The notes beneath the pieces are model-generated. The model was given only the letters and a program-made list of their open reading frames with translations. It was not told the origin of the DNA and did no database searches. A stretch of DNA of 64,000 nt from a virus: IMG/VR virus record IMGVR_UViG_3300045988_152007, positions 124,475 through 188,474 of that record; one strand, given 5' to 3'. The position numbers and the translations under genes were made by a program. This document shows positions 11,500 to 22,401 of the stretch, piece after piece (positions within the stretch are counted from its first letter, which is position 1; each line of letters begins with the position of its first letter).

Positions 11500-13656
11500 C
11501 TATTGAATATTAGTACTGCCACATTCAGGGCACTTATCATTAAATTCATCACAATATCCGCAGTCAAGGCAAGTATCATTAGGCACATTTACTGCAAAAT
11601 AAGGAATATCCTTATCCATTGCATAATTAACAATTTGTTCAAGAGCATCAATATTATGCTTTACAGTAGAGTCTAATTCTACATAGGTAATACATCCAGC
11701 AGAAGAATAACCAGTCAATTGGCTCTCAATGTCAATCTTATCAAAAGGTGACATTTTTTTCCAAACGGGAACATGAATACTGTTAGTAAAAAATTCTTTA
11801 TCAGAGACATTAGGGATAATACCATATTTCTCTTTGAATTTAGTCATTGCCGTATAGCATAAATTTTCAGCAGGAGTGTAATAAACTCCAAAATTAAGTT
11901 TAAATTGTTCTTTTGCTTTTGCACAGTAATCTTTAAACATTTGTTCAATTCGTTTCGCTAATTCCATACCTTCTTTAGTTGTATGGTCTTTACCAATAAG
12001 AATCTAAAGAGTTTCTGCTAAACCAATTTGTCCAATGGCTAATGTGCCATGTTTAAGGGCACTTCTAATTCCTTCTTCTGGAATATAGCCAGCCATTAAA
12101 TTATTTTCATACATAAATTTAGCAGACTTAGGATCTTGAGAGCAAATCCAATCAAAACGCTCCATTAATTGAATGCGAGCTTCATTAATTTTTCTATTTA
12201 ATAAAGCCATAAATACTGGAATAATATCTTCTTCTTGCCCTTCTTCTTCGCATTCTTTTTTAGCAATCATAGCTAAAGTAGGAAGAATAATAGTTACTGG
12301 ACAAATATTACCACGGCCATCTTTTAACTAACCGAAACCGTTAATATCGTATCCATTGGCTGTTCTGCATCCCATTGTAGAAAAATAGGTGCGGGGGTCA
12401 TTGATGTCATATCCAGCGTTCCCTGACCAATCAACATTTGCATAGTTGGGATATAATCTTTGGGCGGTGGACTATAGTGCGAGTTTAAACAAATCGTAAT
12501 TTGGGTCACCTGGTTCACGGTTAACTCCTTTCATGCATTGGAAAATACCACAAGGGAAAATAGATGTTTTATGTAATTTGCCAATACCTTCAATAGATAC
12601 ATCTAAAAGTGCTTTAGTAATCATTCTTCCTTCTGGAAGAGTACAAGTACCATAATTAATAGATGTGAAAGGTAATTGATTACCAGAACGTGATTGTAAT
12701 GTGTTAAGATTATGATACATACCTTCAACTGCTTGATGAACTTCTTTTAAAGTCATATCCATAGCATATTGATGTACTTTATCAAAATCTCCAACATCAT
12801 CTATTTTATTTGAGTATGCAGAATAATCATTGATTGGAATATCTATAATTCTTTTATAGCTGTCGCTATCTTCTAAATAATTATTTAAATTCCAATTACA
12901 ATTGCATAAATATTTCATACCATCACGATAATGTTTATAAAAAGATTTACGAACGTAAGGAACCATAGTCCAATCAAGATGAGTAGCACTAACGCCGCCA
13001 AACTGAGAAAGACTTTGAATTTGGAAAATAACAGCTACTAATTGAAAAGCTGTATTTACTGAACCTGCCGGACGCACATCAGTTTGACGTGTATTAAATC
13101 CTTTAGCAAGTAAATCATCAAAAGGTACACTTAAACAATTATGAGAACCAACATAATAAGCATCTAAATCATGAGTATAAATTATATTTTCTAAATGATT
13201 TTTGCGTGTCATAGGAGATACAATATAATCTAAAGCTAATTGTTTCGTTACAACACTACTGGCTTCACCAATGCGGCCACCGAATGATGCTTCATCTACA
13301 TTAGCATTTTGATTTTTAATATCTTTACCATCTAATTTTTTTCTAATAGCTTGAATAAAATCATCTTTTTTCTATCGAGCTACTTCTTTTTTATATCTAT
13401 ATCTAATATAAGCACGAGCAACATCACGTCGTTCTGACTACATTAAATAATCTTCAATTATATCTTGGATATCTTCTACTTCAATACTACCATCTGGACA
13501 TTTATTTATCCAAGATTCAATATCATTGGCAATATCAGTAGCTGTATCATTTTCATATAACTATCCATCGACTTCTATAAATGCCTTATTTATAGCATTA
13601 ATTATTTTATTTTTATCAAATAATACAACTGTACCATCACGTTTAATTATATACAT
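11500..13656 (-). CDS. nrdD: Anaerobic ribonucleoside-triphosphate reductase, class III, with several in-frame TAG codons.
   Basis: ORF-track fragments 11500-11967 (C-terminal zinc ribbon CLDCGYCDEFNDKCPECGS), 12004-12270, 12324-12518 and 12472-13212, plus an N-terminal ATP-cone region, join into one frame of about 718 aa only when TAG is sense. Confidence 0.85.
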
Positions 13657-13747
13657 TTTAACCTCCGCACTAAATATAGTATAAATTTTTGAACTTATAC
13701 TATATTTAGTGTTTATTATTAATTCATTATCTACTTTGGGTTAAGAT

Positions 13748-14317
13748 TTAGTACCAAAACCAATCATAATCTGTAATTATATCACAGCATTTTAATCTAT
13801 CTCTTTCCGTTTCATTAAATAAAATTTGCATATTATCAAAATTTATATTTTTAAAGTCTTCTTCATCAGCAGAATAACGTCTAATAATTTCTTTGACATT
13901 AGGGTATTCTTCTCTATTTAATTGACGAAGGAAACGTTGTTTATCAGAAGCATGAATATAATATATTCGTAAATCAATTTCTGAAAAATTGATTAATGAT
14001 CTAATCCCAGAAGGATTAAAAATACCTATATTAATTTTATCATCAGCTAAACATTTAATACCAGTTCCATACCACCAATTATTAAATTGAACATATTCAA
14101 GCATTTGATTATTATTTATCATTTGCTTAAAATTTTCTTCAGATATAAAATGATATTCTTTTCCTTCTGTCTCTCCTTCACGCATTGGACGAGTTGTATA
14201 AGAAACAACAATATTCATAGGTAGTTCATAAGCTTTTACTACATCTTTTAAAATAGTATCTTTGCCTGAACCGGCTTTACCTATGAGTGCGACTAATTGA
14301 TATTTTTTATTATTCAT
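13748..14317 (-). CDS. P-loop nucleoside or deoxynucleoside monophosphate kinase-like protein.
   Basis: Walker A LIGKAGSGKDT immediately N-terminal. 189 aa. Sits among nucleotide-metabolism genes. Confidence 0.5.
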   Translation of the reverse strand: MNNKKYQLVALIGKAGSGKDTILKDVVKAYELPMNIVVSYTTRPMREGETEGKEYHFISEENFKQMINNNQMLEYVQFNNWWYGTGIKCLADDKINIGIFNPSGIRSLINFSEIDLRIYYIHASDKQRFLRQLNREEYPNVKEIIRRYSADEEDFKNINFDNMQILFNETERDRLKCCDIITDYDWFWY

Positions 14318-14566
14318 TTATTATTCCTTCTATTAAAAGACTAAAAACAATATTTACCATTACAACAATTATAAGAACACGATCCTAAAAACTATGTTAA
14401 AAGGCATAAGATATCTGGAGTATCTACCATCCAATAATCATTTCCATTTAACTCTCTTATAATTACTCTAAGATAAGGAGTCTATTCAAATTTAATTAAA
14501 ATTGTTCCTCTAATTTCAATATGTTGATGGGTTTTTAACAAATCCTATAATTCATCATAATCAATT

Positions 14567-17500
14567 TTATTCTTCATCTTCTGCTACTCCTTGATATCGT
14601 TCACTTCTTAAAATTAAATCTCCATTTGATTGAATAGTGTCAATATGATAAAGTTGATGACCAGGAGTTGAGGCGTACTTTTTAGCAATAAAATCATCGC
14701 CTGAGCGAATACCCTGAACCACAATCATATTACCGCGATTAAACCAAGATTTTTCAATAATTTTTTTAGTTCCATCAGGTTGTTTTTGAGAAATTTGTTT
14801 ATCGAATAATGTAAAATATTCTTTTCTGAATTTTACATTTACTACTCCTGTCGGAGTAAGAATTGTTACAATACTTTTATTTTTATTTTTAGCAATACAA
14901 GTACCACATAATTTAGATAAATAATAAATATTTATTGTTTTTCCAGCTTTAACAAAACTTCTCTCTACTACTGGATCTTCAGGTAAACTGTAAAAATCAG
15001 CAAACCCATATTTACTTTGATTAACTTGAGCCAATTCATGTTCATGATAATAGAAGCATAATACTTCCATTTCCCAAGCTGAATAATTTACTTTAGGACA
15101 ATATTTTTTCCAATCGTCTTTAAATATAATTTCATTTAATTTATTTAAAATTTCTTCTTTATTATCAGCAATCTGTTTACGATAAACATCCATCCAGCCT
15201 TGATAAACTTTATCATTCCAATCTTTAATATTTAAATAAAAGTTAGAATCTTTACTTTGAATTAAATCATCTTTATCAATTTTTTGCAAGAAATCAATAG
15301 CTCTATCATCCAATTTGTAATAAACTTTATCATATTTACAAATTTGTTTTAAATAACGAGTAAATTCATAAATGTGTAAAGCCTGCTGCCGTTCAAGAGT
15401 ATCCGCAGGAAGAAGATTGAATTTCATTAAAGTAGCTAAATTTTGAAGATTAAGATTTTTCTTTTTATCACAAGTTTCCCAAATATACCAGACCATACAA
15501 AGTTTTCTATCCATCATATGATCAAATGCTCCACCTTTAATAAGTGAAATCATTGCTTGCTTATTAGGATTAACTTTATTTAAAAAATCTCTTGGGGATT
15601 TATAAGGTCTATTTTCAATAATAGTTTTAACTACATCATCACCAACATTTAGCATACCTTTTAAGCCAAACAGGATTTGATTATTTTCAACATCAGGAAT
15701 AAAACTAAATTCTGATTTATTAATATCAGCAAGACTTACTTGAATACCAGCTTTACGAATGTCTCCAATAGCCTTAGCAATCTTTCCATAATCAGTAGAA
15801 TTAGTTTTTCTTACTTTTGATTTTTTATCTGGCAAATCTTCAAAAGTAACACCATTGGCTAAATCATCTGCTTCAGGATCATAAATATCTACGATTTCTT
15901 CTTCGCTATTATCTTCTAAAGAACCGCTATTAACAATCAAACAAGCACAATTCCAATAGATAGGATTATAATGAATAACAAAATAAATCATTTGAATAGC
16001 TACGAAACTATAAGGTAGACTATGATTTAATGAAAACGCATATCCTAATTGTGGTGCTACTGCTGTTTCCCAAAAATATTCTGCATCATTTTTATTATCA
16101 AAACGACTAAATACTTGTTCTTTTAATTGAGGAATTTTAGCCATTTGTTTTTTAGCAACAACTTTACGGGCGGAATTTGCTTCTCCCAATGTAAAATGTG
16201 CTATGTCCATAAGGATTTCCATCATTTGCTCTTGCAAAGGGCAACAACCATAATATTTATCGCAATGCTTATGGAATTTATCAATAAGTTCTTGCGGCAA
16301 ATGATGTTGTTTCATTTCTTGATCAAATGCTTGGATACCTTGATGCTGAATACGATAAAATCTATCTTGCTGTGATTCTTTACCCTTTTCAGACATAAGA
16401 CGCATCATAGCATTAGCCGCAGTCATTTCCATAGGATCTTGCGGTTTTAATTTTTTAGCAATAGCTAATCCTACACCAGTAGAAAACTGAAAACAGTCTA
16501 ATACATCTCCAGTTGCAAGATGATCCCAAATTTTTTGATCAGTTGTATCTATTACTTCTGGATGAATATATTGATTATAAAAATCTCTTAAAGATAAGTC
16601 AGGAATTTCTTTTGCCTTTAATAATAATTCATAACAAGTAATAATTTTATCAGAAGCTTCAGTAACAAGGAAATCATATTTTGTATCACCTGCTGCTTCA
16701 GCTTGATGTAAATCCCAACAAGTAATTAAACTGCCACTAGGCGTTCTCATAAATGCCGCTGTATCATATGGATCATCGCCATAAAGAATAACACCAGAAG
16801 CATGAGAAGAACGTTTATTAACGATACCACCAATGTAAATAATTATATCAAGAAGCCCTGGATATTCATTTACTTTATTAACAAATGTTTTAACAGGCTT
16901 TCTATCTTTTTCTTCATTACCATAAATAACATCATTAATTTCCCATAAGAATCCACGTTCTTGTGGAATAAGAGAGGACATATATTGAGCTTCATCTACA
17001 TTAATACCATTTGGATATTTATCAGACCTATAACCTCTACAAGCCGTAAGAATAGCAGATTTAGTAGTTTCAGTACCAAATGTAGCTACCTGAATTAATC
17101 CTAATTCTCCACGCTCTTTACGAATAGCTTCAAAAATCGCTGGACGTTTTGAAGGAGCCAAATCAATATCAATATCAGGCAATTCAGCTCTCTCTTTATT
17201 CAAGAATCTCCAATATGGTAGACCCCATCGAATTGGATCCAATTGGGTTATTCCCAATAGATAGTTAGATAAGAAACCTGTGGCCGAACCACGTCCAGGA
17301 CCTACGATAGAACCACAATCCCAAAATAAGTCAATATAATGTTTAAAAGTATTAAAATAAGCAAAAAGGCAATCATCCAATTTTTCGCCAATATCTTTTA
17401 TAATATCAGCTTCAATTTCAAGACGATCTAAATAAATGTTTAATTTATCATCTGAAATGCTTTTGTTATACATTTTTTCTAATAAAGATATATAACACTC

Positions 17501-18568
17501 ATTAACCCAATATCTTTCTTGCGGATTATCACTCATTAATAAACTACATAAAATAGGATATTTTTCTGTACGTTCGAACCAGCCAGTTAATGATTGAGGA
17601 TAATCTAATACTTCTACTTTTGGAATTATTTGTTTTCTCTCAAGAGAAAAATCTTCAATTTTATTTTGAATTTCAAGAGTATTATTTAAAATTTCTTTAG
17701 CTATTTCTTCTGGCTGCTCTTCAATATCTAAATATATAAAACAAGGGGTAATTAAATCAAAAACTTCATCATAAGTCATTAAATGAGCAAATTCATAAAA
17801 TTTGTCAACTTCTCGTTCTCCATCTTTTGAATTAAGATAAGCCTTATGAATTGGTCTATCTTCTTTCGTTAAATAATGGCTATCAGTAGCAACTTCTACT
17901 TTAATTCCATATTTATGACCGATTTTATAAATCATATGGTTTACAAGTTTTTGATCTGCCGCAGTCGATGGAGCAATCTCTAAATAGAAATCTTCATCAA
18001 ATAAGTCTTGACAGAAAGTAAGAAAAGTATCTATTTGTTTTAAAATTTGATATAATTCATAATTATTCTCTTGTTCTTTATATTCTACAGCTTTTAAAAG
18101 ACAAGTACCTAATTCTCCACCAATACAGGCAGTAGTGGCAATTAAATGTCCCTTATATTTCTCTACTACTGATTTTAATTCATTCTTTAAAAGTGGAACA
18201 CGTTCCATTTTTCTATCAACATATAAATTTTGCCAAGCAATTGAGCTTAATTCTTTTAATGCTCGATATCCTATAGCATCTTTAGCAATTAAAATAAAAT
18301 GGTAATACTTTTGTCCTGTGCTTCTATCATCAGTTAAATAAATTTCATTGCCTAATGCTATTTTAAATTTTGGATATTTTTCTTTGATTTTTTTAGCATA
18401 TTGATTTACTGTCATATGAGCAGAAAGACTTTCGTGATCTGTGATAGCAATTCCCGAAAGTCCTAATTCAATAGCTTTATCAATTAAAGTTTCTGGCTTA
18501 TTTATACAATCCAGTAAACGGAGGTTCGAATATTCAGTATGATTATGACAATTAAAATAAGTGTTCAT
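14567..18568 (-). CDS. dnaE: DnaE-type (Pol III alpha-like) replicative DNA polymerase. 1333 aa, no TAG.
   Basis: N-terminal PHP motif CHNHTEYSNLRLLDC. Length and overall organisation fit a C-family polymerase. Confidence 0.75.
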   Translation of the reverse strand: MNTYFNCHNHTEYSNLRLLDCINKPETLIDKAIELGLSGIAITDHESLSAHMTVNQYAKKIKEKYPKFKIALGNEIYLTDDRSTGQKYYHFILIAKDAIGYRALKELSSIAWQNLYVDRKMERVPLLKNELKSVVEKYKGHLIATTACIGGELGTCLLKAVEYKEQENNYELYQILKQIDTFLTFCQDLFDEDFYLEIAPSTAADQKLVNHMIYKIGHKYGIKVEVATDSHYLTKEDRPIHKAYLNSKDGEREVDKFYEFAHLMTYDEVFDLITPCFIYLDIEEQPEEIAKEILNNTLEIQNKIEDFSLERKQIIPKVEVLDYPQSLTGWFERTEKYPILCSLLMSDNPQERYWVNECYISLLEKMYNKSISDDKLNIYLDRLEIEADIIKDIGEKLDDCLFAYFNTFKHYIDLFWDCGSIVGPGRGSATGFLSNYLLGITQLDPIRWGLPYWRFLNKERAELPDIDIDLAPSKRPAIFEAIRKERGELGLIQVATFGTETTKSAILTACRGYRSDKYPNGINVDEAQYMSSLIPQERGFLWEINDVIYGNEEKDRKPVKTFVNKVNEYPGLLDIIIYIGGIVNKRSSHASGVILYGDDPYDTAAFMRTPSGSLITCWDLHQAEAAGDTKYDFLVTEASDKIITCYELLLKAKEIPDLSLRDFYNQYIHPEVIDTTDQKIWDHLATGDVLDCFQFSTGVGLAIAKKLKPQDPMEMTAANAMMRLMSEKGKESQQDRFYRIQHQGIQAFDQEMKQHHLPQELIDKFHKHCDKYYGCCPLQEQMMEILMDIAHFTLGEANSARKVVAKKQMAKIPQLKEQVFSRFDNKNDAEYFWETAVAPQLGYAFSLNHSLPYSFVAIQMIYFVIHYNPIYWNCACLIVNSGSLEDNSEEEIVDIYDPEADDLANGVTFEDLPDKKSKVRKTNSTDYGKIAKAIGDIRKAGIQVSLADINKSEFSFIPDVENNQILFGLKGMLNVGDDVVKTIIENRPYKSPRDFLNKVNPNKQAMISLIKGGAFDHMMDRKLCMVWYIWETCDKKKNLNLQNLATLMKFNLLPADTLERQQALHIYEFTRYLKQICKYDKVYYKLDDRAIDFLQKIDKDDLIQSKDSNFYLNIKDWNDKVYQGWMDVYRKQIADNKEEILNKLNEIIFKDDWKKYCPKVNYSAWEMEVLCFYYHEHELAQVNQSKYGFADFYSLPEDPVVERSFVKAGKTINIYYLSKLCGTCIAKNKNKSIVTILTPTGVVNVKFRKEYFTLFDKQISQKQPDGTKKIIEKSWFNRGNMIVVQGIRSGDDFIAKKYASTPGHQLYHIDTIQSNGDLILRSERYQGVAEDEE

Positions 18569-19134
18569 TTTTTTCTTTCCTGCCTCAGCCTACCTGTTCT
18601 TTGTCGTTCTAAATAATTATGTTTCTTTTTATTTTCTTCAGTAAAAACTTCGGGCATAATAGTTTTATGATTTTGACCTAACCATATTGCTTGAAACCCT
18701 CTCTTTGTAATTTTATCTTTAAATAGCTCATAAGCATCAGATACACAGATATTACAATTATTATACATTGTTCTAATTTGAATAACTTCTTCTTTAGTTA
18801 ATTTAGAATTTGTTTTTACAGCACTTACATTATACCCGCCATCTCCGCCTGGTGTTTCATTATACCCATTATTAAAAGAGTCATAATAGATAATCCAGTA
18901 TTGTTCTCTATTATTCCCAAATTTATTATAAGTTTCTTCATCCATTGGCTCGATAATTTCAAAATTAAAATTATCTATGCCATATTTTCTAAAAGCTTTA
19001 TATAAATTTTTATCCCATTCTTTGGAGTCATTATAATGAGAAGTATGATAAATCCATCTATCTTCTATATCTTTAGATTTACCTATATAAATTTTATTAT
19101 TCTATTTATTTGTTATTTTATAAATGCCAAACAT
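18565..19134 (-). CDS. GIY-YIG homing endonuclease with 1 TAG.
   Basis: FGIYKITNK...KIYIGKSKDIEDRW plus conserved Arg, Glu and Asn. Its stop overlaps the dnaE start (ATGA). AGGAGGG Shine-Dalgarno. Confidence 0.75.
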
Positions 19135-19246
19135 AAGCATCCCTCCTCATTATATTATGGAAATCAACTTATTTGGAATGCATAAAATTGTCCTTATGGC
19201 AACCAAAATAAGTATTCAATTCCCTACCTCCTTAATTTATTATTAT

Positions 19247-19276
19247 TTTCTATAAATATTATATCATAAAATTTCA
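19247..19276 (-). promoter_or_regulatory. Same promoter-like motif upstream of the GIY-YIG and dnaE genes.
   Basis: ttctataaatattatatcataaaatttc. Confidence 0.45.
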
Positions 19277-19292
19277 TCAAAATCAATTTTAA

Positions 19293-19490
19293 AAATCATC
19301 TATGTCATTAGCTATTTTATTTATAAAGCTACTTAATTCAATTAAATTTTGTTTATAAATTGATAAATTATTTTTCAATTTTTGATTTTCATTGCGTAAA
19401 TAATTAATTTGGTTTTGATTTTGTTGTTGTTGTAGATCTAACTCATGACCTAACTAATTAAGTAAATTTTGTATTTCCATTATTCTATAA
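19293..19490 (-). CDS. Small coiled-coil, Gln-rich protein.
   Basis: Reconstructed 65-aa ORF with one TAG. Confidence 0.3.
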
Positions 19491-20078
19491 TCTCCAAATG
19501 ATAATTATTTTTTTCATTTAAACAGTCCAAAAGAGTATAAAATAAACTATGATAATAAGGTGGAACCCATTCTGGAGATAAACAGATAAAATATTTATCA
19601 TACGAATTAGTAAATTTAAATTCCTTAAATGGTATTTTGTTATATTTAAAATTTACTTCAAAATTAGGATCACAAGAATTGTCATTGTGAACCCAAGTAT
19701 AATCTTTTAATTTATCCTAATCATAGAAATATTTAACCCAATCGGCACAAGTACAATCACATAATTTATTTTCTGCGTCTTTAGGATTATAAAAAATATC
19801 ATGATGATGATCTATATTAGTTATATTTAAATCATAATCATATTGTAAATATTCTTTTATTTTATTATGACCATAAGAAATATAAATAGAAGTTGTTTTA
19901 TCTATAGTCCGTAATAAATATCTAAGTATATTAGAATAAATATTTAAATCAGCAGGAGTAGTAGTAAGATTAGGTAAACTTTTTAATAAATCTTCCCAAT
20001 GAGCCTATGGTACCATGCTATTATATAAGTTAATACTTGGTGCCATAATAATATCAAAATCTATACTTAATACATTCA
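19476..20078 (-). CDS. Hypothetical protein.
   Basis: About 200 aa, reconstructed through 2 TAGs. Confidence 0.35.
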
Positions 20079-20142
20079 TATATTATTTCCTTATAACTAC
20101 TAATTTTTCACTGGCTCTTGTAATGCCAGTATATAAATATTT

Positions 20143-21271
20143 CTAATGTTCTAATGTGTCAAAAGGATGGGCCTCTTCAATTAATAACACTTTATCCCAT
20201 TCACTACCTTGAGCTTTCCAAACAGTTATTGCATAAGCATAAGCAAAATAATAAGGAGCTTCTAATGCATCAGAATTTCTAGCAAAACTATTCATTCTAA
20301 ATGCTTGCTTATTATCAAAGGCTGGAGTACCTGTAATTAAAGCATCATAATCAATAGGTATAGATTCAAATCTTCCATTAGGTATATCCATCCCCGTAAA
20401 CATATATTGGAGTTGTTTATTATAAATAAAGCTTGGATAATTATATGGAATAATTTGATAATTAGTAATTGTTCCAATACATCCATTAGTTAAAGGCCAT
20501 AATCCATCAGTAGATGTAAAATCCCAATGATTAGTTAATCCTATGATTTTATCTCCTATTTCTGGAGTAGCTCCTCGTCCTTGTCGCTCTCGAACTTTAT
20601 TATTAATTTCAATACGTCTTTTATTAGAAGCACATAAAGTTTGATCTGCCCAATCATACATTTCTGGAATTAATTCATATGGCCTTAAAATCTAGACCTA
20701 TTCTTTAGCTACTGGGAATTGCCCAAGGGGCTTACCTTCTCGTACCCACATAGATAATCTAATAATTTCACTATCTTGTGCCTGTCGCATAATTTCATCT
20801 AAAAAAATATGTGGTTTATCCAAAACGTGATTATTTTCATTTAAGTCTACTGGTGGAAGCTAAAATGGATCGCCACAAGCAATTACATATTTATGATGTG
20901 AAAGAAGTAAATCCCACATTGTTTTAGGTAACATTGATATTTCATCTACAATGATTACTTTATATGGAATAGGCCATCTTTTTTTTAAATAAAATGTACC
21001 ATTGGGTCTTGGCTTAGCTTCATATAATAACTTGTGTGCTGTTGTTGCATTAGGACATCCTTTTGTTTGAAGAATAGTTGCTGCTTTACCAGTATAAGCT
21101 ACATATGCTACATCAGTTTCAGGATTTAAATTCAATGATTGAACTATAAATTTTACTAATGTAGATTTGCCCGTTCCAGTTAAGCGTAGCCAGCAATACA
21201 AGTATAAGGTTCACGGCTCTTGTATCTGGCTACGGCAATTTTCAATCCAGCATTCTATTTATCAGTCAGTA
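20143..21271 (-). CDS. Dda/RecD-like SF1 helicase, interrupted by an apparent -1 frameshift near its 5' end, and containing TAGs.
   Basis: GTGKST Walker A, IIVDEISM Walker B and GDPFQLPP motif III. About 30 aa of N-terminal sequence (LTDKQNAGLKIAVARYKSREPYTCIAGYA) lie in another frame, beginning at a TTG with an AAGGAGA Shine-Dalgarno. Confidence 0.65.
21187..21231 (-). other. 15-bp stem-loop located exactly over the helicase frameshift point.
   Basis: GTAGCCAG-ca-ATACAAG ... CTTGTAT-CTGGCTAC. Confidence 0.6.
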
Positions 21272-21675
21272 TCAATGGGATTTACTTCTCCTTTCCATAT
21301 AAATTCATCATTCTCAAAGATTAGCTTCATTGGTTTTTCTTGAACTGTGGGAATAATATAAACATAATCTTCATCAAATGGCATTTTTAATCTGCTATCA
21401 CCATTTTCATCAAAAATTTCTAAATCATATTTTCGATTTGAGCTTTCGGTTTCTACGCCTGCTCTTGGCCGGAGCATAGCCATTTTTTTGTTACCCCTAC
21501 CGCCTCTAATTTCATAGGCATCACAAGGAGCTATTTTATTAAATTCATCAAGTTTAGCTGTTAAATCATTAATAGCTCTTCCAGCTTCTTCAGCTGAAAT
21601 ACCAAAGCTACCCCAAGAAGCAGCCATTTTATTTATAAGTTTATTAAATTCATCTTCATTGAACGAAGTATTCAT
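21262..21675 (-). CDS. Hypothetical protein.
   Basis: 137-aa ORF. Confidence 0.5.
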   Translation of the reverse strand: MNTSFNEDEFNKLINKMAASWGSFGISAEEAGRAINDLTAKLDEFNKIAPCDAYEIRGGRGNKKMAMLRPRAGVETESSNRKYDLEIFDENGDSRLKMPFDEDYVYIIPTVQEKPMKLIFENDEFIWKGEVNPIDTD

Positions 21676-22384
21676 AGGCTATCGTTGCATATTGTTGTCT
21701 AACATAATTTGATTGCGGTAATCCTCTTTCATAGCATTTCATAAAAGCTAAAGCAGCTTCTTGCTCATTTTCCAATTCTAAAAATTTTTCAAAATTAAAA
21801 TTATTTGAATAACAAAAACCAAACATATCAATTTGATATTTAATATCATCACGAAGAAAATCCATTTGACCCTTTAGGTCTGCACCCCATACTTCATCAG
21901 TAAATACCTGATTCCATTGACATAACCCATAAAATCCATTACCATAAATAGTAGTTTGCAAATCTAAAGTCCCGCCACCAACCTCAGCCATCATATTACC
22001 TAAAATACCAGCACATACGTAATCATTCCAACCAAGATTTTTCATGTATTCCCAAATAAGAGTGGCATCTTTATATTCAAGTTCATCTAATTCTTTATTA
22101 AGTTCATTTAATTGATTTTGATAAAATTTAATAATTTCATTATAAAAATGCCATTTGCCTTTAAGATTCATAATTACATCGCTGTCATCAGCATAACCGA
22201 CTAACCGAGCGTCATTAGCATTATTATGAATTTCTTCTTTTTTTAGATTATATTCATTAATTAAATTGATAAGTTCCCAATAATTATTAGTTTCTTTTAA
22301 AGTAGTATATTCAACAGTTATTGCATTAACATTAATAGTTAAAATTAAAAGGATACTAATAATTATAATAATTTTTGTTTTCAT
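21656..22384 (-). CDS. Secreted protein with a signal peptide. Possibly a lysozyme-like peptidoglycan hydrolase.
   Basis: MKTKIIIIISILLILTINVNA signal peptide. ILGNMMAEVGGG...GFYGLCQWN resembles the phage tail-lysozyme-type motif. Confidence 0.35.
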   Translation of the reverse strand: MKTKIIIIISILLILTINVNAITVEYTTLKETNNYWELINLINEYNLKKEEIHNNANDARLVGYADDSDVIMNLKGKWHFYNEIIKFYQNQLNELNKELDELEYKDATLIWEYMKNLGWNDYVCAGILGNMMAEVGGGTLDLQTTIYGNGFYGLCQWNQVFTDEVWGADLKGQMDFLRDDIKYQIDMFGFCYSNNFNFEKFLELENEQEAALAFMKCYERGLPQSNYVRQQYATIAYEYFVQ

Positions 22385-22401
22385 ATTTTTCTCTCTATCT
22401 A

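Noticed and set aside
11500-13212. nrdD, DHH, primase, dnaB and the methyltransferase appear as strings of short ORFs in the six-frame track, which looks like pseudogenisation.
   Set aside because: All breaks are TAG codons inside otherwise conserved, in-frame domains. Systematic TAG read-through (code-15-like recoding) explains them far better than decay.
18511-18531. GGTTCGAAT T-loop-like sequence (a possible tRNA). A similar GGTTCAAATTC occurs at about 22697.
   Set aside because: Both lie inside well-supported coding sequences (dnaE and the DHH gene). They have no flanking acceptor or anticodon-stem complementarity that I could see, so they are probably coincidental. The suppressor tRNA is likely elsewhere in the genome.
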